The notes: generated from the letters alone by a model not told the origin. A stretch of 31,752 bases of DNA from Planctomycetota bacterium (GCA_038213805.1 JBBQSO010000063.1:1-31752); one strand, 5' to 3'. Shown: positions 1 to 10,016, numbered from the stretch's first letter. Translations and numbers: made by a program.

Positions 1-1
1 G

Positions 2-613
2 CGTGCGCAGCTCACGGCGCACCCGGCCGAGCGCGGGATAGACCAGCACCTCCTCGGCGTCGCCGACGGTGCGCTCGGCGATGATCAGGCCAAAAGGCTG
101 CACCGTGCGGATCACCAGTGGCGGCAACACGGTCACGCCGCGGACACGGAAGCGCGCCGCCCACGTGACGCGCGTCGGCTGCGCTTCCAGGCCGCGTAGG
201 CGCGCCGCGAGCTCGCGGCGCCGGCTGCTGGGATGCCAGGCTTCGAGGGTCAGCGGGGGCGCGCCGCGCGCGGCTGAGAGCTGCGCGCCGAGTGTCACCT
301 CCTCGCCGGCGTGCGGCGTCGGCGGCAGCAGCCAGCGGCCCGCGATCGGGCGCAGCGCGCGCTGCGCCATCCACGCGGCGATGGCCAGCGCCACGACCAG
401 GCCGATCGCGAGCGCTGCGCCAAGCGGACGCGGCTGCCACAGCGTGGTGCTGGCCAGGACCGCGGCCTCGGCCAACACCAGCCAGCCGAGCGCGGTGAAA
501 TGGCTGCGTGGCCGGCCGCGCACCGGCACCAGCGTCACGGTGCGCGGCGGCCGCGCCGCGGTACGGGCCGGCGGACGGATCTCGGCCGCGACCGGCGCGG
601 CCGCTGGCGTCAT
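2..613 (-). CDS. DUF58-family protein (MoxR partner), N-terminal part; runs off the window edge
   Basis: Not in the ORF track because it is truncated. ATG at 613-611 overlaps the MoxR TGA (ATGA). Translation MTPAAAPVAAEIR...FTALGWLVLAEAAVL...LAIGLVVALAIAAW...RGVTVLPPLVIRTVQPFGLIIAER...EVLVYPALG shows two TM helices followed by RG...PFGL...VLVYP, typical of DUF58 proteins encoded after moxR. Confidence 0.75.
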   Translation of the reverse strand, partial: MTPAAAPVAAEIRPPARTAARPPRTVTLVPVRGRPRSHFTALGWLVLAEAAVLASTTLWQPRPLGAALAIGLVVALAIAAWMAQRALRPIAGRWLLPPTPHAGEEVTLGAQLSAARGAPPLTLEAWHPSSRRRELAARLRGLEAQPTRVTWAARFRVRGVTVLPPLVIRTVQPFGLIIAERTVGDAEEVLVYPALGRVRRELRT

Positions 614-1527
614 CGCGGCACCGCCAGGGCGTCGAGCAGGCTCTGCACCACCACGTCGGCGTGCTGGCCAGCGCGGCTGCTGACGCGGTGGGCGAGCGCC
701 GGCACGGCCAGGGCCTGGATGTCCTCGGGGATGACGAAGTCGCGACCCTGCAGCAGCGCGCGCGCCTGAGCCGCACGCTGCAGGCCGAGGCCGGCGCGCG
801 GGCTGGCGCCGTGCAGCAGCGCCTTGGTCGCGCGCGTGGCGCGCACCAGTTCGAGGAGATAAATCCGGACGCTCGGGTCGACGCGCACGGTGCGGGCCAG
901 CGCGCGCAGGCGCCTGCCGGTCTGCGCATCAATCGCCGGCGCCAGGCGCGCGAGGTCGGCTTCGGCGCCATCGTGGCCGAGCAGTTCCAGTTCGTGGTGG
1001 GCCTCTGGATAGCCCAGGCGGAAGCTGACCAGGAAGCGGTCGCGCTGGCTGTCCGGCAGGGGGTACGTGCCAACGTGGTCCAGAGGGTTCTGGGTGGCGA
1101 CGCAGAAGAACAGCGGTGACAGCGGACGCGCATTGCCCTCGATGGTCACCTGGCCCTCGCTGAGCGCCTCAAGCAGCGCCGCTTGGGTGCGTGGGGGGGT
1201 GCGGTTGAGCTCGTCGGCCAGCAGCACGTCGCAAAACACCGGGCCGGGGTGGAAGGTGAAGGTGCGTTCGCGCTCGTCGTAGATGGATACGCCGGTGACA
1301 TCCGCGGGCATCAGATCCGGGGTGCATTGCAGGCGCTTGAAGGTCCCGCCGACAGCCTGCGCAAGGGCCCGCGCGAGGGTCGTCTTGCCGACCCCTGGGA
1401 TATCTTCGATCAGGACGTGACCTCCTGCCAGAAAGGCAGTTACGAGCAGTTCGACGGCCGCCCGATTACCCCGGTAGACCCCCGCCATGGCGGACAGGAT
1501 GCGTTCGATCTCAGGGCTGGTCGGCAT
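610..1527 (-). CDS. moxR: MoxR-family AAA+ ATPase
   Basis: GHVLIEDIPGVGKT (Walker A), RLQCTPDLMPADVTG, VLLADELNRTPPRTQAALLEA (Walker B), ATQNP, GTYPLP, GASPR. Start placed at ATG 1527 (MPTSPEIE). Confidence 0.93.
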   Translation of the reverse strand: MPTSPEIERILSAMAGVYRGNRAAVELLVTAFLAGGHVLIEDIPGVGKTTLARALAQAVGGTFKRLQCTPDLMPADVTGVSIYDERERTFTFHPGPVFCDVLLADELNRTPPRTQAALLEALSEGQVTIEGNARPLSPLFFCVATQNPLDHVGTYPLPDSQRDRFLVSFRLGYPEAHHELELLGHDGAEADLARLAPAIDAQTGRRLRALARTVRVDPSVRIYLLELVRATRATKALLHGASPRAGLGLQRAAQARALLQGRDFVIPEDIQALAVPALAHRVSSRAGQHADVVVQSLLDALAVPR

Positions 1528-1616
1528 GGGCGGATGCTCGCAAGCGGATGGTGTGGGAAGGGTTCCGGAAGATGCTGCCGGCGGGTGCAAACGCCACCCG
1601 CCTTCCCAGGTTCACC

Positions 1617-1645
1617 TTGCCCTGGCGCCTGCAAGGGTTTATAAG
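1617..1645 (+). promoter_or_regulatory. Putative sigma70 promoter for the IHF/HU gene
   Basis: TTGCCC (1617-1622), 17 nt spacer, TATAAG (1640-1645); strong SD GAGGAGG at 1667-1673 before ATG 1678. Confidence 0.5.
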
Positions 1646-1677
1646 CCATACGGCGTCACACTGCATGAGGAGGAACC

Positions 1678-2040
1678 ATGCCACGGGAGACTATCGCCAA
1701 ACGTACGATCGCCGAGCGCATCGCCGAACGCCATGGGCTGGGCCAAGTCCAGACCCTGCAGGTCGTCCAGGCTTTCCTCGATGAGATCGTGCACGAGCTA
1801 TCCCGCGGCAACCGCCTCGAATTCCGAGACTTCGGTGTATTCGAGACGGTCACGCGCAAAGCCCGCACCGCCCTGAACCCCAAGACCCTCGAGAAGGTTC
1901 CGGTGAAGAGCCGGGTCGTGGTCAAGTTCAAGGTCGGCCGCCTCCTCAAGGAGAAGGTCGAGCATTTGGCAGATGCGCCCGAAGGTGCTGGCGAGTCAGC
2001 TCCTGCCGCTCCCAGCGGTGGCGACGTCCCGCCCGGCTGA
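1678..2040 (+). CDS. Integration host factor / HU family DNA-binding protein
   Basis: RLEFRDFGVFE...RKARTALNPKTLEKVPV...VKFKVG matches the HU/IHF fold; strong SD; Pro/Ala/Gly C-terminal tail. Confidence 0.93.
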   Translation: MPRETIAKRTIAERIAERHGLGQVQTLQVVQAFLDEIVHELSRGNRLEFRDFGVFETVTRKARTALNPKTLEKVPVKSRVVVKFKVGRLLKEKVEHLADAPEGAGESAPAAPSGGDVPPG

Positions 2041-2082
2041 TCACCCACCGGCGTGCGCCGGTCCGCTCCCCGAGACCTTCTG

Positions 2083-3174
2083 ATGCGCGCCTTGGCGGTC
2101 GTCCTGCTCTTCCTGGTCGCCGCGCTCACCGCGGCTGAGCCGAGCGTGCCTCCGGCACCTCCGGGTACTGCACCTCCAGTGACTAGCGCGGCTGCGACCG
2201 AGCCTGTCCACGTCCCGCCTTCGCCCGCCCTGCTCACCGTCGAATCGGGCGGCGGCGTGTTCAGCCTGCGCGAGACCGAATCCAGCGAGCTCAGCGAAGG
2301 GGTGAGCATCGGTTACGCCGGCGCTCACCTTCTCAATGACCGCATTCGTCACTGGCAGTCGACGCCCCCGGGCCTCGCCCGCGCCATCCTCGATCACGCC
2401 CTGCTGCTCGCCGGTCCCAAGGGCTATGATCCGGCGCACGTCATCATCGACACCCGCCAGTGCGAACTGCCCGAGCTCGGTTTTCGCGGCCTGCTCACCC
2501 CCGAGGGCGTCGAGGTGCAGCGCGTTGACATCGTGATGCTGCCGCCGGTGACGGTGGGCAGCGCACCCAAGGCGCCAGGTGTCAGCGCGGCCCAGCCGAT
2601 CACCGACCCGAAGCAGCGTCCGGGCACCCCCACGCCGCCGGAGGGGGGCACACCCGCAACCGCGGCCACCGGCGAGGCGCACCCGGCCAAGGCTGCCAAG
2701 GCGGCTCAGCTGCCGCCCATCGCCCTCGTCCACTACCGCATCCTGCTCCACCATCTCGAAGGATTCCAAGGCAAGCTGCGCAGCGCCAGCGGCTGGAAGG
2801 ACCACATGGGCTGGGCCGACGAGGCCGAGCTCTTGATGGTCGCCGATCTGCTGCCCACCGGTCTGGCCAACCCGCGATTCGAGACCATCCATCTCTTTGG
2901 GCGCCAGGCGCGTGGCGACCTGCCCAAGCGCCCAGCCGAGCTGGTCCGCCTCCGGGAGGGCGTCCACCCTCCGCCCTCGCTCAAAGCCATCACCGCCGAT
3001 GAACTCGACATGAGCATCGAGAGCATGACCCAGACCATCGAGTTCGATGCCGCGGGCCAAGTTAAGCGCATGCTGCAGGGCCAGGATGTGAAGATCAAAG
3101 GCACGCCCAGCCTGGACATGCCAGTCGGGCGCAGCAGCCAGCCGAAACTCGAGCCGGCGCCGACGAAGCCCTAG
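2083..3174 (+). CDS. Exported hypothetical protein, possibly LptA/OstA-like beta-jellyroll
   Basis: Signal peptide MRALAVVLLFLVAALTA-AE; two Pro/Ala-rich linkers; segments GVSIGYAGAHLLNDRI and ITADEL resemble OstA-type strands. The CDS is well supported; the family call is weak. Confidence 0.7.
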   Translation: MRALAVVLLFLVAALTAAEPSVPPAPPGTAPPVTSAAATEPVHVPPSPALLTVESGGGVFSLRETESSELSEGVSIGYAGAHLLNDRIRHWQSTPPGLARAILDHALLLAGPKGYDPAHVIIDTRQCELPELGFRGLLTPEGVEVQRVDIVMLPPVTVGSAPKAPGVSAAQPITDPKQRPGTPTPPEGGTPATAATGEAHPAKAAKAAQLPPIALVHYRILLHHLEGFQGKLRSASGWKDHMGWADEAELLMVADLLPTGLANPRFETIHLFGRQARGDLPKRPAELVRLREGVHPPPSLKAITADELDMSIESMTQTIEFDAAGQVKRMLQGQDVKIKGTPSLDMPVGRSSQPKLEPAPTKP

Positions 3175-3228
3175 AGCGACCGACCGGCGTCTTGTGTCGG
3201 TGAGCGCAGCGCCGACCATAAATGCCGC

Positions 3229-3747
3229 ATGATCGTCCTCCGCCACCTCTTGGCCGAATGCGTCAAGCTGCCGCTCGATCTGGTGCCCACGGCACCGGCT
3301 GAGGATGAGACCCCGGCCCAGGCCGCCCGCCGCCTGGCTGCCGACAAGGAATCCGCCATCACCGAGCTGTGCGCTGTGCTCGGGCTCAGCGGCCAGGTCA
3401 ACAACCTCACGCGCCTGACCCGCGACATGATCAACCGCGAGCGCAAGGCGACCACCGCCATCGCCTCGGGCGTGGCCATCCCGCACGTGCGCAGCATGCA
3501 GATGCGCGGCTTTGTGATGGGCTTTGCCCGCGCTCGCGACCCGGGTCTGCCCTTCGCCAGCCTCGACGGCGATCCCACCCGGCTCTTCTTCGTGCTCGCC
3601 AGCCCGCCCTGGGAAGACCGCACCTACCTGCAGCTCTACCGCGAGCTCAGCACCCTCATCCAGGACGAGGAGGTCATGGCCGGGCTGATGGCGGCGCAGA
3701 CCGTTCAGGAGGTGTTTAATGCGTTGCGGACGCTGTTGTTGAGGTGA
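3229..3747 (+). CDS. PTS IIA-family protein (nitrogen-regulatory/fructose type)
   Basis: RERKATTAIASGVAIPHVR retains the phospho-acceptor His motif (RE...T...G.AIPH); FASLDGDPTRLFFVL matches F.S.DG.PV.LFF. Confidence 0.88.
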   Translation: MIVLRHLLAECVKLPLDLVPTAPAEDETPAQAARRLAADKESAITELCAVLGLSGQVNNLTRLTRDMINRERKATTAIASGVAIPHVRSMQMRGFVMGFARARDPGLPFASLDGDPTRLFFVLASPPWEDRTYLQLYRELSTLIQDEEVMAGLMAAQTVQEVFNALRTLLLR

Positions 3748-3929
3748 TGGCAGGCTGATGGCTGATGGCTGATGGCTGATGGCCTTTGCTTTTTGCGTCG
3801 TTGAAGCGTTGATCTTCCTACAACAGCCGGGGAATCTCTATTGCCGGTCAACGGCGGTGCTGTCGATTCGGTCGCCTGCCATCAGCCATCAGCCATCAGC
3901 CATCAGCCATCAGCCATCAGCCATCAGCC
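3745..3929. repeat. Inverted pair of heptamer tandem arrays, (TGATGGC)n ... (GCCATCA)n
   Basis: TGATGGC at 3745, then AGGC, then 4 units (3756-3783); 94 nt spacer; 7 units of GCCATCA (3878-3926). Confidence 0.95.
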
Positions 3930-3952
3930 CGCCATTCGGCCTCCAGTCGTTA

Positions 3953-3979
3953 TTGACTCCGAATCCTACCCCATATCCT
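3953..3979 (+). promoter_or_regulatory. Possible rpsA promoter
   Basis: TTGACT (3953-3958), 15 nt spacer, TATCCT (3974-3979). The spacer is shorter than canonical. Confidence 0.35.
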
Positions 3980-4104
3980 GCGTGCCCCTTCGCAGATGCC
4001 GTCCCCGGATGTTCCGGCGTGATGCGCCTGCGCAACCGGTCCGCACCGCGGACCCTACCCCTGGCGGTCAGCCCCTGAGGCTGCCGGGAAAAGAATGCAC
4101 CCCC

Positions 4105-5736
<1,632 letters not shown>

Positions 5737-5785
5737 AGACACAGCAGACGCTGTCTGATGAGACGACGATGCCTCGGCATCGGCT

Positions 5786-5820
5786 TGCACCCGGGGGATC
5801 TCCTCCGGGTGCACGTATTT
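5786..5820 (+). terminator. Hairpin downstream of rpsA, likely terminator
   Basis: TGCACCCGG...CCGGGTGCA stem (5786-5813) followed by CGTATTT. Confidence 0.55.
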
Positions 5821-6173
5821 GCGGGAAAGGTTGTCGCCTCCGCGCACCAGACCGACAGCGGCGCACTCTGGTCAGAAGGTCAAAGTGGGCGTGCTCCAGG
5901 CGCTTCCGGGCATGAAATCGCCTCCATCCCACCTCGATACCATCGTGGGGAGGGGCCTTGGCGGCGCCGCGCGACGTTTCATAGGCAGCTAAAGCCCAAT
6001 CACTTACATAAATTCCGTGATGGTAGGTTAAGCAGACACTCCGACCCAGTGCGCAGGGAATCGGTTTGGGCCCACTGCGATTAGTGGTCTACTCACTGCC
6101 CGTTGTCCGTGGGGCCAGTGCGTGGGCGTCTGATACGCCTGTCCGCTGCGGTCCCGGGCCTCCCTGAATGCGG

Positions 6174-6211
6174 TGAACCTTTCCAAAGGAGCCGCGTTGA
6201 ACCGACTTACC
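6174..6211 (+). promoter_or_regulatory. ECF-sigma-like promoter, copy 1
   Basis: TGAAC (6174-6178), 16 nt spacer, CGTTGA (6195-6200), N7, TACC; the same motif precedes the other two paralogs. Confidence 0.7.
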
Positions 6212-6228
6212 GCACCTGGAGCACTCCC

Positions 6229-7920
6229 ATGAGCCCCTCGTCCCACGATCAGAACGACCACCTCGACGACGCTCAGGCCCGTGGCCAGAGCGACGGCCAG
6301 AACCCTGAGGAATTGGAGGGCGAGGAAGGCGAGGAGGAGGAGCATAAGCCCGCCTCCGGAATCGCCGGCTGGCCCATCAGCGCCGCGGTGCATGCGCTCG
6401 TCGCCCTGATCTTCTGCTATATCGTGTTCGCCGCCCACAAGGACGAGGAAGAGCTCGCGCCGATGCGCGTGACGACCATGGATCCTCCGCCCAAGAAGGA
6501 GGAGAAGAAGGAGCAGCGCGATGTCGAGGCCAAGGTCGACGTGAACGTCGAGACCGTCGCCGATGTCGCCGCCCCCGTCACCCAGCTCGACGTCAAAGTC
6601 GAAGAGGTCAGCCAAAGCGAAGAGGACAATGACGCCCAGGTGGCCAAGGGTCGTGAAGAGGCCGTCTCGTCCCAGGAGACCGGTGGCCAGGGCGCCTTCA
6701 TGGCGATCGGCGCCGGCGGTGGTTCCGCTGGCATGTTCGGCAGCCGCAGCGGCGGTGGCAAGCACCGTGCCCTGGCCAAGGGCGGCGGCACCCGCGCCAG
6801 CGAAAGCGCGGTGGACGCTGCGCTGCGCTGGTTCAAGAAGCACCAGAGCCCGAACGGCATGTGGGATCCCGAGAAGTACCCGGTCAACTGCCAGGAGAAC
6901 CCCAAGTGCGAGCCCGGCTCGACCGGTGACGTCGGCGGCAGCGATGCCGGTATCGCCATGACCGGCTACGCCGTGCTGTGCTTCCTGGGCGCGGGCTACG
7001 ACCACAAGACCCCGAGCAAGTTCAAGGCCACCGTGCAGAAGGGTCTCGAATACCTGCGCTCGGTGCAGAAGCCGGACGGCCTGCTGGGCGTGCGGAACTA
7101 CGAGCACGGCGTCGCCACCATGGCGATGGCCGAGGCCTATGCGATGACCACGGATGCCGACCTCAAGGGTCCGGCGCAGAAGGGCATCAAGGTCATCCTC
7201 GACCGCCAGTCCAAGGACGGCAGCAAGGACGCCGACAAGGCCTACAGCGGCCTGGGCTGGGACTACGAGGCGGCCAACCCGGCACGTAACGACTCGTCGG
7301 TCAGCGGCTGGTGCGTGATGGCGCTCAAGAGCGGGCTCGCCGGCGGACTGAACGTCGGCACCGGCATGGAAGGCGCCAAGAAGTGGCTCGAGAAGGCCTG
7401 GAAGGCCGCGAACAAGGACTGGATGAAGCTGACCGACCCGTACTCGGCGACCTCGAGCTTCCCCTACTGCTGGGATTCGACCACCGACGCCGTACAGATC
7501 GATCCGCCCGGCAGCGGTGCGCATGATATGGCCCCGGTCGGCGCGCTGTGCGCGGTGTTCCTCGGCCACCATGCCGGAAACATCATGCTCGAGTCGCTGT
7601 GCAACCACATCATGAAGTACCAGTTCCCGGCCAAGTACCCCTGCAACACCTACTACATGTATTACAACACCTTGGCCGTCTTCCAGGCCGGTGGCGACCG
7701 TTGGAAGCGCTGGAATGACACCGTCCGCGACATGCTGGTCAATGCCCAGCGCAAGAGCGCGGACTGTTTCGACGGCAGCTGGGATGCCCAGGGCACGATC
7801 TTCCACGGCAACAGCGTGGGTCGCGTGCTGAGCACGGCCTACTGCTGCCTGTGCCTCGAAGTCTACTATCGCTACAAGGTGGTCGGCCACGATGCGGCTC
7901 CGGATCCTGCAAAGAAGTAA
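6229..7920 (+). CDS. Membrane-anchored prenyltransferase/squalene-oxidase-repeat (alpha/alpha toroid) protein, paralog 1
   Basis: Acidic N-tail, TM GWPISAAVHALVALIF, PPPKKEEKK linker, Gly-rich segment, then QW-type repeats (ALRWFKKHQSPNGMW, GLEYLRSVQKPDG, LVNAQR...GSWD), NDSSVSGW and STAYCCLCLEVYYR. SD GGAG before ATG 6229. Confidence 0.88.
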   Translation: MSPSSHDQNDHLDDAQARGQSDGQNPEELEGEEGEEEEHKPASGIAGWPISAAVHALVALIFCYIVFAAHKDEEELAPMRVTTMDPPPKKEEKKEQRDVEAKVDVNVETVADVAAPVTQLDVKVEEVSQSEEDNDAQVAKGREEAVSSQETGGQGAFMAIGAGGGSAGMFGSRSGGGKHRALAKGGGTRASESAVDAALRWFKKHQSPNGMWDPEKYPVNCQENPKCEPGSTGDVGGSDAGIAMTGYAVLCFLGAGYDHKTPSKFKATVQKGLEYLRSVQKPDGLLGVRNYEHGVATMAMAEAYAMTTDADLKGPAQKGIKVILDRQSKDGSKDADKAYSGLGWDYEAANPARNDSSVSGWCVMALKSGLAGGLNVGTGMEGAKKWLEKAWKAANKDWMKLTDPYSATSSFPYCWDSTTDAVQIDPPGSGAHDMAPVGALCAVFLGHHAGNIMLESLCNHIMKYQFPAKYPCNTYYMYYNTLAVFQAGGDRWKRWNDTVRDMLVNAQRKSADCFDGSWDAQGTIFHGNSVGRVLSTAYCCLCLEVYYRYKVVGHDAAPDPAKK

Positions 7921-7972
7921 GCGCCTGCACGCGCATCAGATCAGATTTGCTGAAGGCAGCAGCCTGGCACAG

Positions 7973-8005
7973 GAAGACCCCCGCTCACGCGGGGGTTTTC
8001 TGTTT
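7973..8005 (+). terminator. Rho-independent terminator after paralog 1
   Basis: GAAGACCCCCGC-TCAC-GCGGGGGTTTTC followed by TGTTT. Confidence 0.85.
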
Positions 8006-8059
8006 GCGTGCGGTGGTCACTGGATGTCCGTGGCCACCTGAGAGGGGCGCGGATTGGTC

Positions 8060-8098
8060 TGAACGTTCTGCGCACGGGTGCCGTTCACCGGACATACC
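8060..8098 (+). promoter_or_regulatory. ECF-sigma-like promoter, copy 2
   Basis: TGAAC (8060-8064), 17 nt spacer, CGTTCA (8082-8087), N7, TACC; SD AGGAG before ATG 8114. Confidence 0.7.
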
Positions 8099-8113
8099 CC
8101 GCAGGAGTACGGC

Positions 8114-9829
8114 ATGGGTCATGCAGCAATTGTGGATGGACAATTAGCGCAGCGCACCGCGGTGGGTTGCGGCCGTCACCTGCGCCTGCGCGCTGTGGCC
8201 GGGTGGCAAATCAGCGCCGTCTTCCACCTCGCCGCGGCCGTGCTCTGTGCATGCGCCGTGACGATCGTGCACGATGGGGACGCGCCCGCGCCGCAGCCGC
8301 TGCTGATCGCCGTCGCCCCAATGCTGCCGGTCATGACGACGGCGAAGGAGGAGGCGCGCGTCCCTGTGGTGAACGCGCTTGACCTGATCGAAACCGACGT
8401 CGACGAGGCGGGTGCAATCGCCGGTGACATGGCCGGGCCGCGCGCGTCCGCGCTGGATACCGCCAGTATGAATGCCTTGGTCGGCGACATGCTGAGCACT
8501 GCTCGCGCGGGCACCGGCGCCGAGGGCCGGCCGGACGAGGACCAGCGCCAGGCGCATACCGGAACGGGCGCTAGACAGCGTGACGACACAGGCATCGGTG
8601 ACGGTTTCGCAGTCGGAAATGGGGAAGACAACGTAGGTGGGATTCACAGCCGGGGCATCACATGCTATTGCAAAGCGAGGCGCCAGGTCCTCCTGCGGGA
8701 GGGTGGAACCTGGCGCAGCGAGAACGCCGTCGAATCCGCGCTGCGCTGGTTCAAACGTCACCAGAGCGAAGATGGTCGCTGGGCGGCGGTGGGCTATGCG
8801 GCGAATTGTCAGGCGACGCCGAAGTGCGAGCCGGGTTCGCTGGACGGGACGGGCGGCAGCGAGGTCGATATCGCCCTCACTGGCTATGCCGTGCTGTGTT
8901 ATCTCGGCGCCGGCTTCGACCACTTTACGCCCAGCCGCTTCACGTCGCCGGTGCGCAGGGGTCTGGAATTCCTGGTCGCGTCGCAGCAGCCGGACGGCCT
9001 GCTCGGCAAGCGCACCTACGAACACGCGGTGGCGGCCTACGCCCTCGCCGAGGCATTTGCGCACACCGGCGATCCCACATTGCGCGGGCCGGCGCAGCTC
9101 GCGATCGCGGTCATCCTGCAGCGCCAGGCGCGCGGCGGCGGCGGTGAGGCGCAGGGGCGGCTGGGCTGGGACTACGAGGATGGCCACGCGGAACGCAACG
9201 ACGCCTCGGTGAGCGGTTGGTGTGTGCTCGCGCTGCGCGCCGCCGCCGCCGGGGGCCTCGACGTGGGCACCGGGCTGGGTGGGGCGCGCGCCTGGCTGGA
9301 GCGGGCCTGGCAGGCGGCGAATCCGGGATGGGCTCAGCTCGATGCGCACCGCGGACGCTCATCGTTTCCCTACGTGTGGGATGCGTCCAGCGGCGCGGTG
9401 CTGAGTGATCCCCCGGGTAGTCCTGCGCATGATCTCGCACCGGTCGGTGCGCTCTGCGCGGCCTTCCTCCGTCACCCGGCGGGTGATCCGATGCTCGAAA
9501 CGCTGTGCAACCATATCGAGGCGTGGCAGCTGCCCATGACGTACCCCTGCAACACGTATTACCTGTATTACGACACCGCGGCGGTATTCCAGGCGGGCGG
9601 CGAACGCTGGAAGCGCTGGAACGCCGCTGTCCGCGACCTGCTGGTCGGAGCGCAGCGCGGTGGCACCGACTGCTTCACCGGCAGCTGGGACGCCCACGGC
9701 ACGGTCTTCCCCGGACACGAGGTCGGGCGCGTCCTGAGCACCGCCTACTGCTGCCTGTGCCTCGAGGTGTATTACCGCCAGGAGCGCGTGGCGGTCGAGC
9801 CGGCGGTGGGTCGCTGCGTGTCGCGTTGA
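8114..9829 (+). CDS. Membrane-anchored prenyltransferase-repeat protein, paralog 2 (diverged)
   Basis: TM GWQISAVFHLAAAVL; ALRWFKRHQSEDGRW, PKCEPGS, NDASVSGWCVLAL, YPCNTYY, STAYCCLCLEVYYR are colinear with paralogs 1 and 3. Confidence 0.85.
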   Translation: MGHAAIVDGQLAQRTAVGCGRHLRLRAVAGWQISAVFHLAAAVLCACAVTIVHDGDAPAPQPLLIAVAPMLPVMTTAKEEARVPVVNALDLIETDVDEAGAIAGDMAGPRASALDTASMNALVGDMLSTARAGTGAEGRPDEDQRQAHTGTGARQRDDTGIGDGFAVGNGEDNVGGIHSRGITCYCKARRQVLLREGGTWRSENAVESALRWFKRHQSEDGRWAAVGYAANCQATPKCEPGSLDGTGGSEVDIALTGYAVLCYLGAGFDHFTPSRFTSPVRRGLEFLVASQQPDGLLGKRTYEHAVAAYALAEAFAHTGDPTLRGPAQLAIAVILQRQARGGGGEAQGRLGWDYEDGHAERNDASVSGWCVLALRAAAAGGLDVGTGLGGARAWLERAWQAANPGWAQLDAHRGRSSFPYVWDASSGAVLSDPPGSPAHDLAPVGALCAAFLRHPAGDPMLETLCNHIEAWQLPMTYPCNTYYLYYDTAAVFQAGGERWKRWNAAVRDLLVGAQRGGTDCFTGSWDAHGTVFPGHEVGRVLSTAYCCLCLEVYYRQERVAVEPAVGRCVSR

Positions 9830-9832
9830 ACT

Positions 9833-9862
9833 GATCGGCTGGCGGCGAGCGCGCCGATCGTT
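9833..9862 (+). terminator. Hairpin after paralog 2
   Basis: GATCGGC...GCCGATC stem directly after the stop codon; weak U-tract. Confidence 0.35.
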
Positions 9863-9979
9863 GCATCCACCTTTGGCTGATCCTTCTTGCGGGTGTGGTC
9901 GCTGCGCGCAACGCAGCAACCGGAGCGTGGTTCATATATTTCCCGATCCGCGCTAAAAATGTCATTTTCCGAACAGCGC

Positions 9980-10016
9980 TGAACCTTCCTTCCCGATGCC
10001 GTTCAACCTCTGTACC
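9980..10016 (+). promoter_or_regulatory. ECF-sigma-like promoter, copy 3
   Basis: TGAAC (9980-9984), 15 nt spacer, CGTTCA (10000-10005), N7, TACC; SD-like AGGGGG before ATG 10033. Confidence 0.65.

Noticed and set aside
12..1133. 373-aa minus-strand ORF overlapping moxR
   Set aside because: Alternative frame. The real genes are moxR and the edge-truncated DUF58 gene starting at 613.
3745..3929. CRISPR array
   Set aside because: Units are 7 bp and contiguous with no unique spacers, and there are no cas genes; the same applies to the other arrays.
3841..4104. N-terminal extension of RpsA containing SAISHQP repeats, and ORF 3779-4078
   Set aside because: This is just translation of the GCCATCA heptamer array; S1 homology starts near ATG 4105.
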